From a virus, in IMG/VR virus record IMGVR_UViG_3300047469_000197, positions 31,131-95,130 of that record: a stretch of DNA of 64,000 bases; one strand, written 5' to 3'. The translations under genes and the position numbers were made by a program. Below the pieces are notes generated by a model that saw only the letters and a list, made by a program, of their open reading frames with translations, was not told the origin of the DNA and ran no database searches. The first letter of the stretch is position 1, and each line of letters opens with the position of its first letter. This document shows, piece by piece, positions 47,810 through 56,387 of the stretch.

Positions 47810-49537
47810 ATGCCAAAATTTCCTTTCGACAACATCCGTAAGGCGCTGGAAACAGTGTTACCCGGTAGTCGAGCCAATAAGGGTACGCCGCTGGCCCTTG
47901 GGCCTTCTGGCAGCGGTGGATATGGGGCGATTTATTCCCGCTCAGGCCTTCTTGGGTCTGACTCAGCAGGGAAAGACTTGTCTGATTCGTTGGTGAATCC
48001 GGGGCGGGAAATTCTGGATGAACTTCGGCTACCTGAAGAGCGGATCGAGCGCTATCCCTTTTTCGAAGAGATGTCCGTTTATCCAACGCTGGCGGCAGCG
48101 GTGAATATCCATGTCTCCTATGCGTTCTCCATCAACAAAAATACTAATCTCTCGTTCAGGTTCAAGCCGGTTCAGAACCATGAGGACAAGGATTACAAGG
48201 TGGCTACGGCGCTATGCGATGAGCTGATGAACGATATCGGCCAGGCCATCAATCAGGAGCTCCCGCTGTGGGGAACTCTGATGGCAATTTTCGGGGTGGC
48301 GTATATCCGTCCGTACACCACGCCAAAAGTTGGGATCACCAGCTTTGAGTGCAATTTCTACACCCTTCCCTATTTCGTGAAGGAGTACGAAGTTGGTGGC
48401 CAACTGGCAGGTTTTACGGGCGACTACCTCAAAGATGAGAAAGGTGCTCTGACATTTGCCAAGCCATGGGAGCTGGTGCCGATGAAAACGCCGCACTGGC
48501 GCCCTAAGCGCAACATGATGCCGATGTACACCGGTACGGAACAATACAGCCTGCTATCCGATCCGATGAAGCGCACGCCTGTTGAAACCCAGAACTATGG
48601 CACGTCGATTCTTGAATACGCCTATGAGCCGTACATGAACCTGCGCGCTGCAGTGCGATCGGTGAAAGCCTCCCGTTTTAACGCCTCCAAAATTGACCGC
48701 CTCATTGGCGTGCAAATGGGCATGCTCGATCCGGCACGCGGTGCGGAGTATCAGCGCACCATGTCACAGCAGCTAAAACGTTCTGCAGAACAGATGGAAA
48801 AACGCGCACGCGGGCATAACGCGGCCACCACTGTGACAAACACAATTCTGCCAATCATGGGAGACGGCAAAGGTCAGCTCCAGATCGACACGCAAACAAT
48901 CCCAGTAGATATCACCGCGATTGAAGATGTGCTGTTTCACGTTAAGCAGCTGGCCGCTGCCGTCAGCCTTGATTACACGATGCTGGGCTTTGCGGATCAG
49001 ATGTCTGGCGGGTTAGGTGAAGGCGGTTTCCTGCGCACGTCGATTGCTGCCGGGATGATCGCCGGCTGGTTGCGTGGCGGTGCCGCGGAAACGATTTACC
49101 GCCTGGCTGACATTCATCTGGCCACCAAGCACGGCAAGGTTTACCCGCCAGGCCAGCGCCCTTACACCCTTGAATTTTCCTCAATGGCTTCCGCCATCGA
49201 ACTGGAAGAAAACGCCGCCATGGATTCACGCGCGAACTACGCCAGCGTGTTCGTCACCATCGTTGATGCCATCTGCAATAACCCTGCACTGGCTGGCTCT
49301 GAGACGTTTAAGCAACTGGTAATGGGTGATGTGCTCCGTGTACCGGACGAGCGCCTGACCGCACTTCTGAAGGAGATCAAAAGCGCGGCCAGCTCCCAGG
49401 GCGGCAACATGATGGAAGGCGTTGGTGACGATGCACCAATGAGCGACCGCGAACTGATGGAACTGATCGGCTCCATGAATCCCGATGACGTGAAAGACGT
49501 TATGACCAAAATTTTTAGTAAACCATTCAGCAACTGA
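47810..49537 (+). CDS. prt: Portal protein Prt
   Basis: 575 aa, divergent from darB as in P1; ETQNYGTS, GGLGEGGFLRT. Confidence 0.85.
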   Translation: MPKFPFDNIRKALETVLPGSRANKGTPLALGPSGSGGYGAIYSRSGLLGSDSAGKDLSDSLVNPGREILDELRLPEERIERYPFFEEMSVYPTLAAAVNIHVSYAFSINKNTNLSFRFKPVQNHEDKDYKVATALCDELMNDIGQAINQELPLWGTLMAIFGVAYIRPYTTPKVGITSFECNFYTLPYFVKEYEVGGQLAGFTGDYLKDEKGALTFAKPWELVPMKTPHWRPKRNMMPMYTGTEQYSLLSDPMKRTPVETQNYGTSILEYAYEPYMNLRAAVRSVKASRFNASKIDRLIGVQMGMLDPARGAEYQRTMSQQLKRSAEQMEKRARGHNAATTVTNTILPIMGDGKGQLQIDTQTIPVDITAIEDVLFHVKQLAAAVSLDYTMLGFADQMSGGLGEGGFLRTSIAAGMIAGWLRGGAAETIYRLADIHLATKHGKVYPPGQRPYTLEFSSMASAIELEENAAMDSRANYASVFVTIVDAICNNPALAGSETFKQLVMGDVLRVPDERLTALLKEIKSAASSQGGNMMEGVGDDAPMSDRELMELIGSMNPDDVKDVMTKIFSKPFSN

Positions 49538-49544
49538 GGTACTT

Positions 49545-50585
49545 ATGGAACATAAAGTTTTAGCTACTCATACCGACCGTTTTTCTCTTTACCGCAAGGT
49601 GCGTAAGGGCAAACAGAACAACCGCAATTACATGTTAGAAGCGGTCAAATCGATGATCGAACACCCGGAGACGATTGAAGGCCTCCGCCTGGGTGAGCTG
49701 TACGGCTACTACGGCCATTCTCGCCGTCAGCTGGCTGGCAAAATGGAACTACCTGAAACCGCTGTTGTGATGGTTGAAGGCAAACCAGTGGTGTTGGATA
49801 ACATTCCGGCCTGCCGTACCACTGCTATTAGCGTGGATGCTGATGGCGTTGTCACTCACACACAGGAAATTCTGGACACGCCGACCGGGCGCATTGTCGC
49901 GGGCATGCTGGAATCGCGTGCTGGTGGCTGGTCATGGGTAACGACTGGCCGCGACTCGCAGCAAATTTCTATTCCTAAAAACCTGTACGGCTTCGACTAC
50001 GTTCTCAATCCGAATTTCATCAGCAAAGATCACCCGGCGGCGATGTTCGAAAGCAACGACGATCGCAATACCGCCATGACGGAATCCATGACCGGACAAG
50101 GCTTCGGTGATGAATCAGTAACCGCAATTATTGAACACGCGGACAAGCTGGCTCAGCACGAAGCAATGTTTGAGAGCGCCATGCGTCTGGAAGAGCTGGA
50201 AGAGGCGATGCTGGAAGCGACCGGTCAGCTGCTGGCACAAGAGGCACAGTTAGCCGAGCAGGCGGTAGCCAACGCGGCGCTGCAGGAAGAGAAAGCTATG
50301 TTCGAGAGCGCGACCGATGCGCGGGCGGCCAAAATGGCCATCGTACTGGACAAGCTCCCGGTGTTTACTAACACTGCGCAACGCGCCGCCCTGGCAAGCA
50401 TGCAGACCGATGATGATGTTGCGATTGTCAGCGCGCTGTTTGAATCAGTTGCCCGCCTAGAAGTCGCCACCCTTCCGCTGGATGTCATCGTGGAGAGTGC
50501 GGCCAAGCAGCCGAGCAAACCGTCCAAACCATCCATGCAATCTTTTGTGTCTTTCCAGGATGAAGCGCCTCGTTTCGGTGCTTAA
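49545..50585 (+). CDS. pro: Prohead protease Pro
   Basis: GELYGYYGH, HTQEILDT, GGWSW, GFDYVLNPNF; repeated AMFES processing motifs. Confidence 0.85.
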   Translation: MEHKVLATHTDRFSLYRKVRKGKQNNRNYMLEAVKSMIEHPETIEGLRLGELYGYYGHSRRQLAGKMELPETAVVMVEGKPVVLDNIPACRTTAISVDADGVVTHTQEILDTPTGRIVAGMLESRAGGWSWVTTGRDSQQISIPKNLYGFDYVLNPNFISKDHPAAMFESNDDRNTAMTESMTGQGFGDESVTAIIEHADKLAQHEAMFESAMRLEELEEAMLEATGQLLAQEAQLAEQAVANAALQEEKAMFESATDARAAKMAIVLDKLPVFTNTAQRAALASMQTDDDVAIVSALFESVARLEVATLPLDVIVESAAKQPSKPSKPSMQSFVSFQDEAPRFGA

Positions 50586-50743
50586 TAACAGAGCAAAACC
50601 TACCTGATCATCCGATCAGGTAGTATTAATTTAGTATATTATGTATTGATCCTTTTCACGATCCACGTTTAAACTCCCCCCGCAACACTATTCAACGAAT
50701 ACGTTTTAACTCACTTCAAGGCGTCCTCTGGGCGCCTTCTCTT

Positions 50744-50998
50744 ATGGAGATTGTGTTGGAAAACCAGCATCGCCTTATCAAGAAGTATCGCGAGCTCAGC
50801 CAGGCCGAGATTGACCTTATGAACGAATCGGAGGAGTTGGAGCAGATCGTTCTCGACTTCATCAACCGCGTGAAAAAGGTTAATGCCGATCAGGTTGTGG
50901 AAATAGATATGCGCTGGCTCAGCATTGGCCTGACGAACATCGAGCAGGGCTTTATGGCCGTCTCACGCTCTATCGCAAAACCAGGCAACGCAGAATAA
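50744..50998 (+). CDS. acb2: Acb2-family cyclic oligonucleotide sponge (anti-CBASS)
   Basis: ENQHRLIKKYRELSQAEIDLMN..RWLSIGLTNIEQGFMAVSRSIAKP matches the Acb2 signature. Confidence 0.88.
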   Translation: MEIVLENQHRLIKKYRELSQAEIDLMNESEELEQIVLDFINRVKKVNADQVVEIDMRWLSIGLTNIEQGFMAVSRSIAKPGNAE

Positions 50999-51011
50999 GG
51001 AAAGGCCACCT

Positions 51012-51974
51012 TTGGGGGGTGGCCTTGAACAGGTAAATGCAATGAATTTAACGTGTACGAATATACAGCAGAAAGGTGCTTCCTTCAAGGAAAACGGGGA
51101 TTTAAACAGCTTCGGGCTTCGGCGCGCGGTGGATTTAATAGCCAACGAAAACCTGCCCAGAGCAGCACGCACGATCTTATCGATGGTATGTCCAGTTGCC
51201 GCCAGTACGTCAGCTTATAAGATCACCAAATCACGCCGCCGCATGGCTGATGAGTGTGGTGCAACCGAGGCGACAATCCGCCGCAATCTTAAAAAAGCGG
51301 TTGATGCCGGCATTCTCATTAGCACTCTGATTTTTGATAAATCCGAGAATGGTCGCGGCCAGATGCCGACTGAATACCAGTTCACATCACAGTTTATTGA
51401 AGCTGCAAAATCACTGTGTATGACACTGGATAAAGCCCGTGATGGCATCACCGCGGCTAAAACTTTGTTCGCAAAAACCCTTCATACCATCCGCAATATT
51501 TTTTGTGGCAAGAGCACCCCCCGATCAGAACTACCTGCCACCCCAGATCAATCTGATCGACAAGAATTAGTATCTTTTGACTTAAAGAATTCAAAAGAGG
51601 TTCCAGCTAGCGCTGAAAAAGTTTCTGTTGTTAAAAATGTAAAAGCCTGGGCTGAGGCCAAGCATGAGCGTGCTACGACGCAAGCTAATGACTATGCCGA
51701 ACGTCAGGATCTGGCACTTGCAAAACGCAGTGCCGAACGTGAACAGCTGGATAAGCTGGTAAGGCGGCGTGCATTTACCACTGGAGCAGCCGTTAAGCGC
51801 CAGAGCACGTCCACCAGCCACAATGAGACACGCTTTGATGAAGCAAACAGGCTTCACGATGAATCGATGCGGATAGCAGCCCAAAAGGCCGCTGAATCCA
51901 AAGCCCGTGGGTTCTCCCCGGCATCCATTTTGGCGAAGCACTTCCCTCACCGTAAATCTTCTAACCAGGAATGA
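51012..51974 (+). CDS. repL: Lytic replication protein RepL
   Basis: LPRAARTILS..AASTSAY.I.K..R.MA.ECG....TIRR..K.AV..GIL..YQFT..F matches P1 RepL; true start probably 51042. Confidence 0.85.
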   Translation: MGGGLEQVNAMNLTCTNIQQKGASFKENGDLNSFGLRRAVDLIANENLPRAARTILSMVCPVAASTSAYKITKSRRRMADECGATEATIRRNLKKAVDAGILISTLIFDKSENGRGQMPTEYQFTSQFIEAAKSLCMTLDKARDGITAAKTLFAKTLHTIRNIFCGKSTPRSELPATPDQSDRQELVSFDLKNSKEVPASAEKVSVVKNVKAWAEAKHERATTQANDYAERQDLALAKRSAEREQLDKLVRRRAFTTGAAVKRQSTSTSHNETRFDEANRLHDESMRIAAQKAAESKARGFSPASILAKHFPHRKSSNQE

Positions 51975-51978
51975 AGAC

Positions 51979-52557
51979 ATGACACAGCAAGCGACTCAGC
52001 AGCAACGTTCTTTCCGCCCGAAGGGTGGCAACCCGATGGCTAACACCGGCCCGAAACCAACTAAAAAGCAGATCCAGGAAAGTTTTAAGCCACAAGGTAG
52101 TACGGCCACGCGCAAGAAGAATCGCAGTCAGCGCCGCCTGGTTGAAGAGTTATTCCCTCAGCTGTTCGTGAACGGCTACCCGTTACCGATGAAAAGCGGC
52201 ATCAAAGACGACATGCTCGCGCAGATTGTGCGCCGTGGATTGGATATCTCTGAAGAGCGCTTGCAGGCGGCGCTGCGTGCTTGCTGTGCATCACTGGTAT
52301 ACAAAACGCGTCTGTTCACTTTCCGTTTCCGACGCGATCTGAACGGTCAGGCAGTTGAGACGATTAGCAAAGAGGATCGCGCGCACGCGTGGCAAGGGCT
52401 CACCGAATACCGGAAGCAGCATAAGTTACCGGCGATCCGCCCTTCATGGTTCCTCGGTGTCCGCAAAAAGGGACCAAATAAAGGTCGCAGCAAACCTCTG
52501 CGTGGCATGACAACTCAGAAAAACCAAAAGGTCATTATTCCACCAAAAAGCCGTTAA
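51979..52557 (+). CDS. ProQ/FinO-domain RNA-binding protein
   Basis: LFPQLF..PLPMKSGIKDD..ALR....S..Y..RRDLNGQAVETIS. Confidence 0.85.
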   Translation: MTQQATQQQRSFRPKGGNPMANTGPKPTKKQIQESFKPQGSTATRKKNRSQRRLVEELFPQLFVNGYPLPMKSGIKDDMLAQIVRRGLDISEERLQAALRACCASLVYKTRLFTFRFRRDLNGQAVETISKEDRAHAWQGLTEYRKQHKLPAIRPSWFLGVRKKGPNKGRSKPLRGMTTQKNQKVIIPPKSR

Positions 52558-52804
52558 CCTATATACCGTGTGGTTGACCAGTGTTTTTCCAACACTTAGA
52601 CTGCGAAAACATTGCATGAGTCACATATGAATGTAACGTTCAAATCCTGCTAGTCGGTGTGATGATCGAAGTGCCCTTTAAGCTAAAGGGTTAGATATTA
52701 TCGTGTTGGCTATGATCGTCTTAACAAAGTTTACAGTTCCGCGAGATCCTTGGAACTCAGAACGTGTTAATCTCTTACCCACTGTCTGAAGCAAAATTCA
52801 GGCA

Positions 52805-52946
52805 CAAAAAAACCGCCTCATTGGGCGGTTAATTTGTGATTCGCGAACGTTTGCAGGCGTCCGTTAATCATAGAGTTATTAGTTTTTAGTCCAATAACTC
52901 CAACTGTTCGTGTGTCTGTCGCAACAGCGCACAAGCAGCGTCTCAA
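52805..52946 (-). ncRNA. Candidate antitoxin sRNA (about 140 nt)
   Basis: Minus-strand -10 TATATT at 52952-52957; 5' end GAGACGCTGCTTGTGC is antisense to 53212-53227; ends in AACCGCCCAATGAGGCGGTTTTTTT terminator. Confidence 0.65.
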
Positions 52947-53300
52947 TGAACAATATAACCTTGCAACCCGACAAAAACAACGAAAAAAGTTCCTTGAAAT
53001 ATGTGGTTCTGCAAGGAATTTAGGGCATCAATTAGGGTGCGTGTTCATAAACATATTCATATTAATCAGTATATTGATTGATGTTTTACAGATCCGGATC
53101 TATGCGAATTAGGATCCACTCTGCACTTTCGGTATTATGTTTTTGGGGCCGTCCACCAGTTTTGCAGCTGGTCATCGGGCTTTAGGGAAACGGAAATATA
53201 GCCCCCGCGAAGCACAAGCAGCGTCTCGCAAGCTTGTTTGTCAACTGGCCTATCCGATGGGGTTTAGTTGAATAGCGGATCTCTATAGGGGGATCGCACA

Positions 53301-53429
53301 ATGAAAACACGAAGTGGCTTGATGATTACGTTGTTCGTTGCTCTGGTGATTCAGTCTGTAAGCGGCGGTGAAGGGTGGCAAGTTAACACCCCCATCAACG
53401 TTAACGTGACTGTCTACCAGTACAAGTAG
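53301..53429 (+). CDS. 42-aa hydrophobic peptide, candidate type I toxin (not in ORF track)
   Basis: MKTRSGLMITLFVALVIQSVSGGEGWQVNTPINVNVTVYQYK; AGGGGG RBS; terminator-like stem at 53440-53466. Confidence 0.65.
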   Translation: MKTRSGLMITLFVALVIQSVSGGEGWQVNTPINVNVTVYQYK

Positions 53430-53491
53430 CGCTAAAGATACCGCCGCCAGTTTGGGGCGGTTTTCTCATTCTGGCTTCCTGCCACCTACAA

Positions 53492-53770
53492 ATATGTGTC
53501 ACAACATGCATTCATTGCTGGCCGATGTTCACCCCGCGCAAAACATGTGTCACAGCATGCAATCCAATGGGAAATATGTGTCGCAACATGCTCAAGTGCA
53601 TGCTGGCACACAGGTTTGCTTAAAAAACTCCCGGCAAAGGTTAAATCCTGCCCTACCATGCATGAGTTAACACATCTTTTCATACCAAAAGCATGTTCAA
53701 ACACATGTTTTATACCGCTACACCATGCCAGAACACATATTTAGTTTGTGATGCATATCACGACACATAT
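53492..53770. repeat. Copy-control iterons (incA-like), 8 copies in two orientations
   Basis: ATGTGTCACAACATG-type x3, then CATG-N5-ACACAT-type x5, downstream of repA. Confidence 0.85.
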
Positions 53771-53772
53771 TT

Positions 53773-54636
53773 TCAATCTAACGCTTTGAGTTTCTTGTTT
53801 CTTTTGTGAATGATGACATAGTTTTCCTGCCCTTTTTTGGTCACGGAATACTCAATATACTGAATGTCAGCCATAGCTTTAAGGGCTGCTTTAATGAGCC
53901 GATTCTGTTCAAAAACAGCAGACGTCAGCAACAGGCGCTCTCGTATCCTGGTGAAGGAGATAGGCGCAGGATTATCAGGAAGGCTGGCGATGTAGGTATA
54001 CAGAGTTTGCGCGACCTCCTTCCCTTTGAGCTCATTGTAAGGGTGCTTACGCAATAAGATCGTATAGTCGATTTTATATAGCTCCCAAAGCCTTTCATCA
54101 GCCTCAAGCGTCACTGAATCATCGCTACGGTCCATGATGGCTGTTTTAAGCAATTGGGTGAAAAACATTTTGTCGCCATCTTTGCGTTTAAACTGCACAA
54201 CCTTCGTACCCAGCTTTGCCAACGAGTCGAAGATCTGGTTTCTCAAACGATGGTTTATCTGCCGGGACTCATAACAACAAAGGTGAGCAAACTCTTTGAA
54301 AGGGAGTGTGATCTTGTTCGTAGACAGGCCGTGCTTACTGAATGCACCAATAACCCCCATCCAGACGCTGAAATCAGTTGTGATGTTAAGGCGCTCACCG
54401 CGTATCTGAATGTCGTCGTACCCTTCCTTCCGGGCAAAGCCAAGTGAGGAAAATGGTGCTGAAACATCAATGATATGCTCTGAGCCCTTTTTGATAGAGC
54501 GGCTATTCGGGACGAATACGCCTAATCGCAAGAGTATGGCCGGTTGGATCGATGAGTTCTGAGTAACTGTTAATTGCTTGTGGGCTTCATCACCCTCAAT
54601 AATCAACGAATCATTAAAGAAAACCTTTTCGCTCAA
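53773..54636 (-). CDS. repA: Plasmid replication initiator RepA (P1/RepFIB Rep_3 family)
   Basis: SIQPAILLRLGVFVP, EGYDDIQIRGERLN..TDF.VW.G, AQTLYTYIASLP; likely TTG start at 54636 after GAGG. Confidence 0.92.
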   Translation of the reverse strand: MSEKVFFNDSLIIEGDEAHKQLTVTQNSSIQPAILLRLGVFVPNSRSIKKGSEHIIDVSAPFSSLGFARKEGYDDIQIRGERLNITTDFSVWMGVIGAFSKHGLSTNKITLPFKEFAHLCCYESRQINHRLRNQIFDSLAKLGTKVVQFKRKDGDKMFFTQLLKTAIMDRSDDSVTLEADERLWELYKIDYTILLRKHPYNELKGKEVAQTLYTYIASLPDNPAPISFTRIRERLLLTSAVFEQNRLIKAALKAMADIQYIEYSVTKKGQENYVIIHKRNKKLKALD

Positions 54637-54692
54637 TGTATTACCCTCAATAGTCACCCACGATCCCGCCTTGTGGATGAAAATATGCGTTT

Positions 54693-54911
54693 GCATGTTA
54701 TGACACATGTTTAAGCATGTTATGACACATAAATATCATGCTGTCACACATGTTTTGCATGCTGTGACACATGTTTTACATGTTATGACACATGCAAAAG
54801 CTCTGAGAGGCGCACCAGCTCTGGGCTGCGAGCCAGGGGGATCTGTTTGGATCTGTTATAGGATCTACTCAGGATCTATTTATTGGATCTACTTAGGGGA
54901 TATGTGGATAA
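54693..54911. other. Plasmid origin oriR: 5 iterons, GGATCT repeats, DnaA box
   Basis: CATGTTATGACACAT-type x5 at 21-22 bp spacing (54693-54795); five GGATCT at 54839-54890; TGTGGATAA at 54903-54911. Confidence 0.9.
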
Positions 54912-54973
54912 CTTTCGAATGGAATAGCGCAGAAGTGTTTGAGAACGCCGCATATTTCAGCGGCGGAAGTTGC

Positions 54974-55459
54974 TTAGCTTGTCAGTTTACCACCAAAGTC
55001 CTGGTATGCCTTAAGCAGCTTGTTGATGTCATGTGCATGCTGGCCATAGTCGTTACCCGGTAGGCTTGCCCAGATGTTGGAACACGCCTCAATTGCCGCA
55101 GTAATGTTGCCAGCCTCAATAAGCGGCAATGCCCTCCGCTCTTTCAAGATCTGATCACACAACTTTTCCTGACTGGCCACCGAGAAGTCTGGCAAAGCCA
55201 GCTGCTTTTTGTAAGCGGGCCAAAACTTGAAAAGCTGCTGATATCCACCGGATGCAGTCGAGCGCTGCCCTGCTTTGTTGAATACCTTACCCAAACGGCC
55301 ATTGGCGAACGGGTGATCACTAAAATCTGTGAACACTTCAAGCTTGCCATCGGAACCAGTCACGATAACGTCATAGCCGCCGTTCTTGGTCAATGGATGA
55401 TTTAACGTGCCTTCAGAAAAACGCAGCATTTTTTTGAACGCCAGAAGATTTGAACTCAT
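54974..55459 (-). CDS. Endolysin, lambda R-type lytic transglycosylase
   Basis: AF..ML.FSEGT, GYDVIV, FTDFSDHP, STASGGYQ, LPDFS..SQ, IWASLPG..YGQ. Confidence 0.93.
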   Translation of the reverse strand: MSSNLLAFKKMLRFSEGTLNHPLTKNGGYDVIVTGSDGKLEVFTDFSDHPFANGRLGKVFNKAGQRSTASGGYQQLFKFWPAYKKQLALPDFSVASQEKLCDQILKERRALPLIEAGNITAAIEACSNIWASLPGNDYGQHAHDINKLLKAYQDFGGKLTS

Positions 55460-55665
55460 AGCCCACCTCAGATGTAACTTTCAATAGAATCAGGGGTGAA
55501 CATCTGTAGAATTTTTTGCATGTAAAGGACTCTCCGGAGTCCTTTTTCTTTGGCAATATTATCCGAAGTTGCATTTGCCAATGTCGAAATCCATTGCACA
55601 GCTTTTTGCACGCGTTTACTGTAATTACGCAAAAAAAACAGCAGCATATAAAAAGGGATCTGACA

Positions 55666-55992
55666 TTGAAAAAGACACTCGCGGCACTTCTTGGCGTGGC
55701 CCTCTCATTCACAGCTACCGCACAAACCGCAGCAAGCTTCCTGGAAGGCTCTCACTTGGTAGCAAAGAACACTAATGGCGCATCGGCTATCATCATGATT
55801 CAAGCGTGCCAGGCGAACCGTAAGGGCATTTCTGCATATGACTTCGCTCAGGCTGCTTATAAGCATTACAAGCCTTACGGATGGTCAAAGGCGCAATTTG
55901 ACCGCCTGATAGATCCCGCTTATGACTTCTCAGAACAGGCTAAGGGATCGGATTGTGACCAGCTGGCCATAAACCTGATTGAAGGGCTTTAA
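55666..55992 (+). CDS. Exported protein (moron)
   Basis: TTG start, signal peptide MKKTLAALLGVALSFTATA, two Cys, terminator 56006-56028. Confidence 0.7.
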   Translation: MKKTLAALLGVALSFTATAQTAASFLEGSHLVAKNTNGASAIIMIQACQANRKGISAYDFAQAAYKHYKPYGWSKAQFDRLIDPAYDFSEQAKGSDCDQLAINLIEGL

Positions 55993-56027
55993 TCGGGGAA
56001 AAAGTAAGGCGGCATAAGCCGCCTTTT

Positions 56028-56387
56028 TTATGACTGTTCGCCTTGCGCGAAACGTTCATCGGTATCCTGCTCAATCGCCGCCAGCTCATCCTGCCAGTCC
56101 TGCGGCACACCGCTAACCTCAATCGAATAGATTTTCATAACGTTCAGCACCTCATAAGGTGCACACACGTTATTCTTCAGAGGGTAGATCCCCTGAGCAG
56201 CGCCCTCTGCGGTTAGGGTAATGTTCCAGAAAAGCACCTGAATATCCTGCAGCGAGAAATCCCCGGCCACCGTCATTTCGCACGGCTCTGTCACTTCATC
56301 ACCCGCAAAGGCAATCGTGCCACGCTGTTCGCCTTTACTTAGTTGAACGGTTATCACAATCCATGCACTCCCTTCAGGAAACCACAA
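56028..56387 (-). CDS. Hxr-like small protein
   Basis: Follows ddrB as in P1; true start probably MITVQL. Confidence 0.5.
   Translation of the reverse strand: MWFPEGSAWIVITVQLSKGEQRGTIAFAGDEVTEPCEMTVAGDFSLQDIQVLFWNITLTAEGAAQGIYPLKNNVCAPYEVLNVMKIYSIEVSGVPQDWQDELAAIEQDTDERFAQGEQS

Noticed and set aside
50586-51011. P1 immI region (c4-icd-ant) upstream of repL
   Set aside because: No antirepressor ORF or C4-like RNA recognisable here; it may lie outside the window
53452-53770. Repeat array as CRISPR, and ORFs 53452..53670, 53486..53704, 53496..53744
   Set aside because: Repeats are short, degenerate, in both orientations and match the oriR iterons; no cas genes; ORFs are translated repeats
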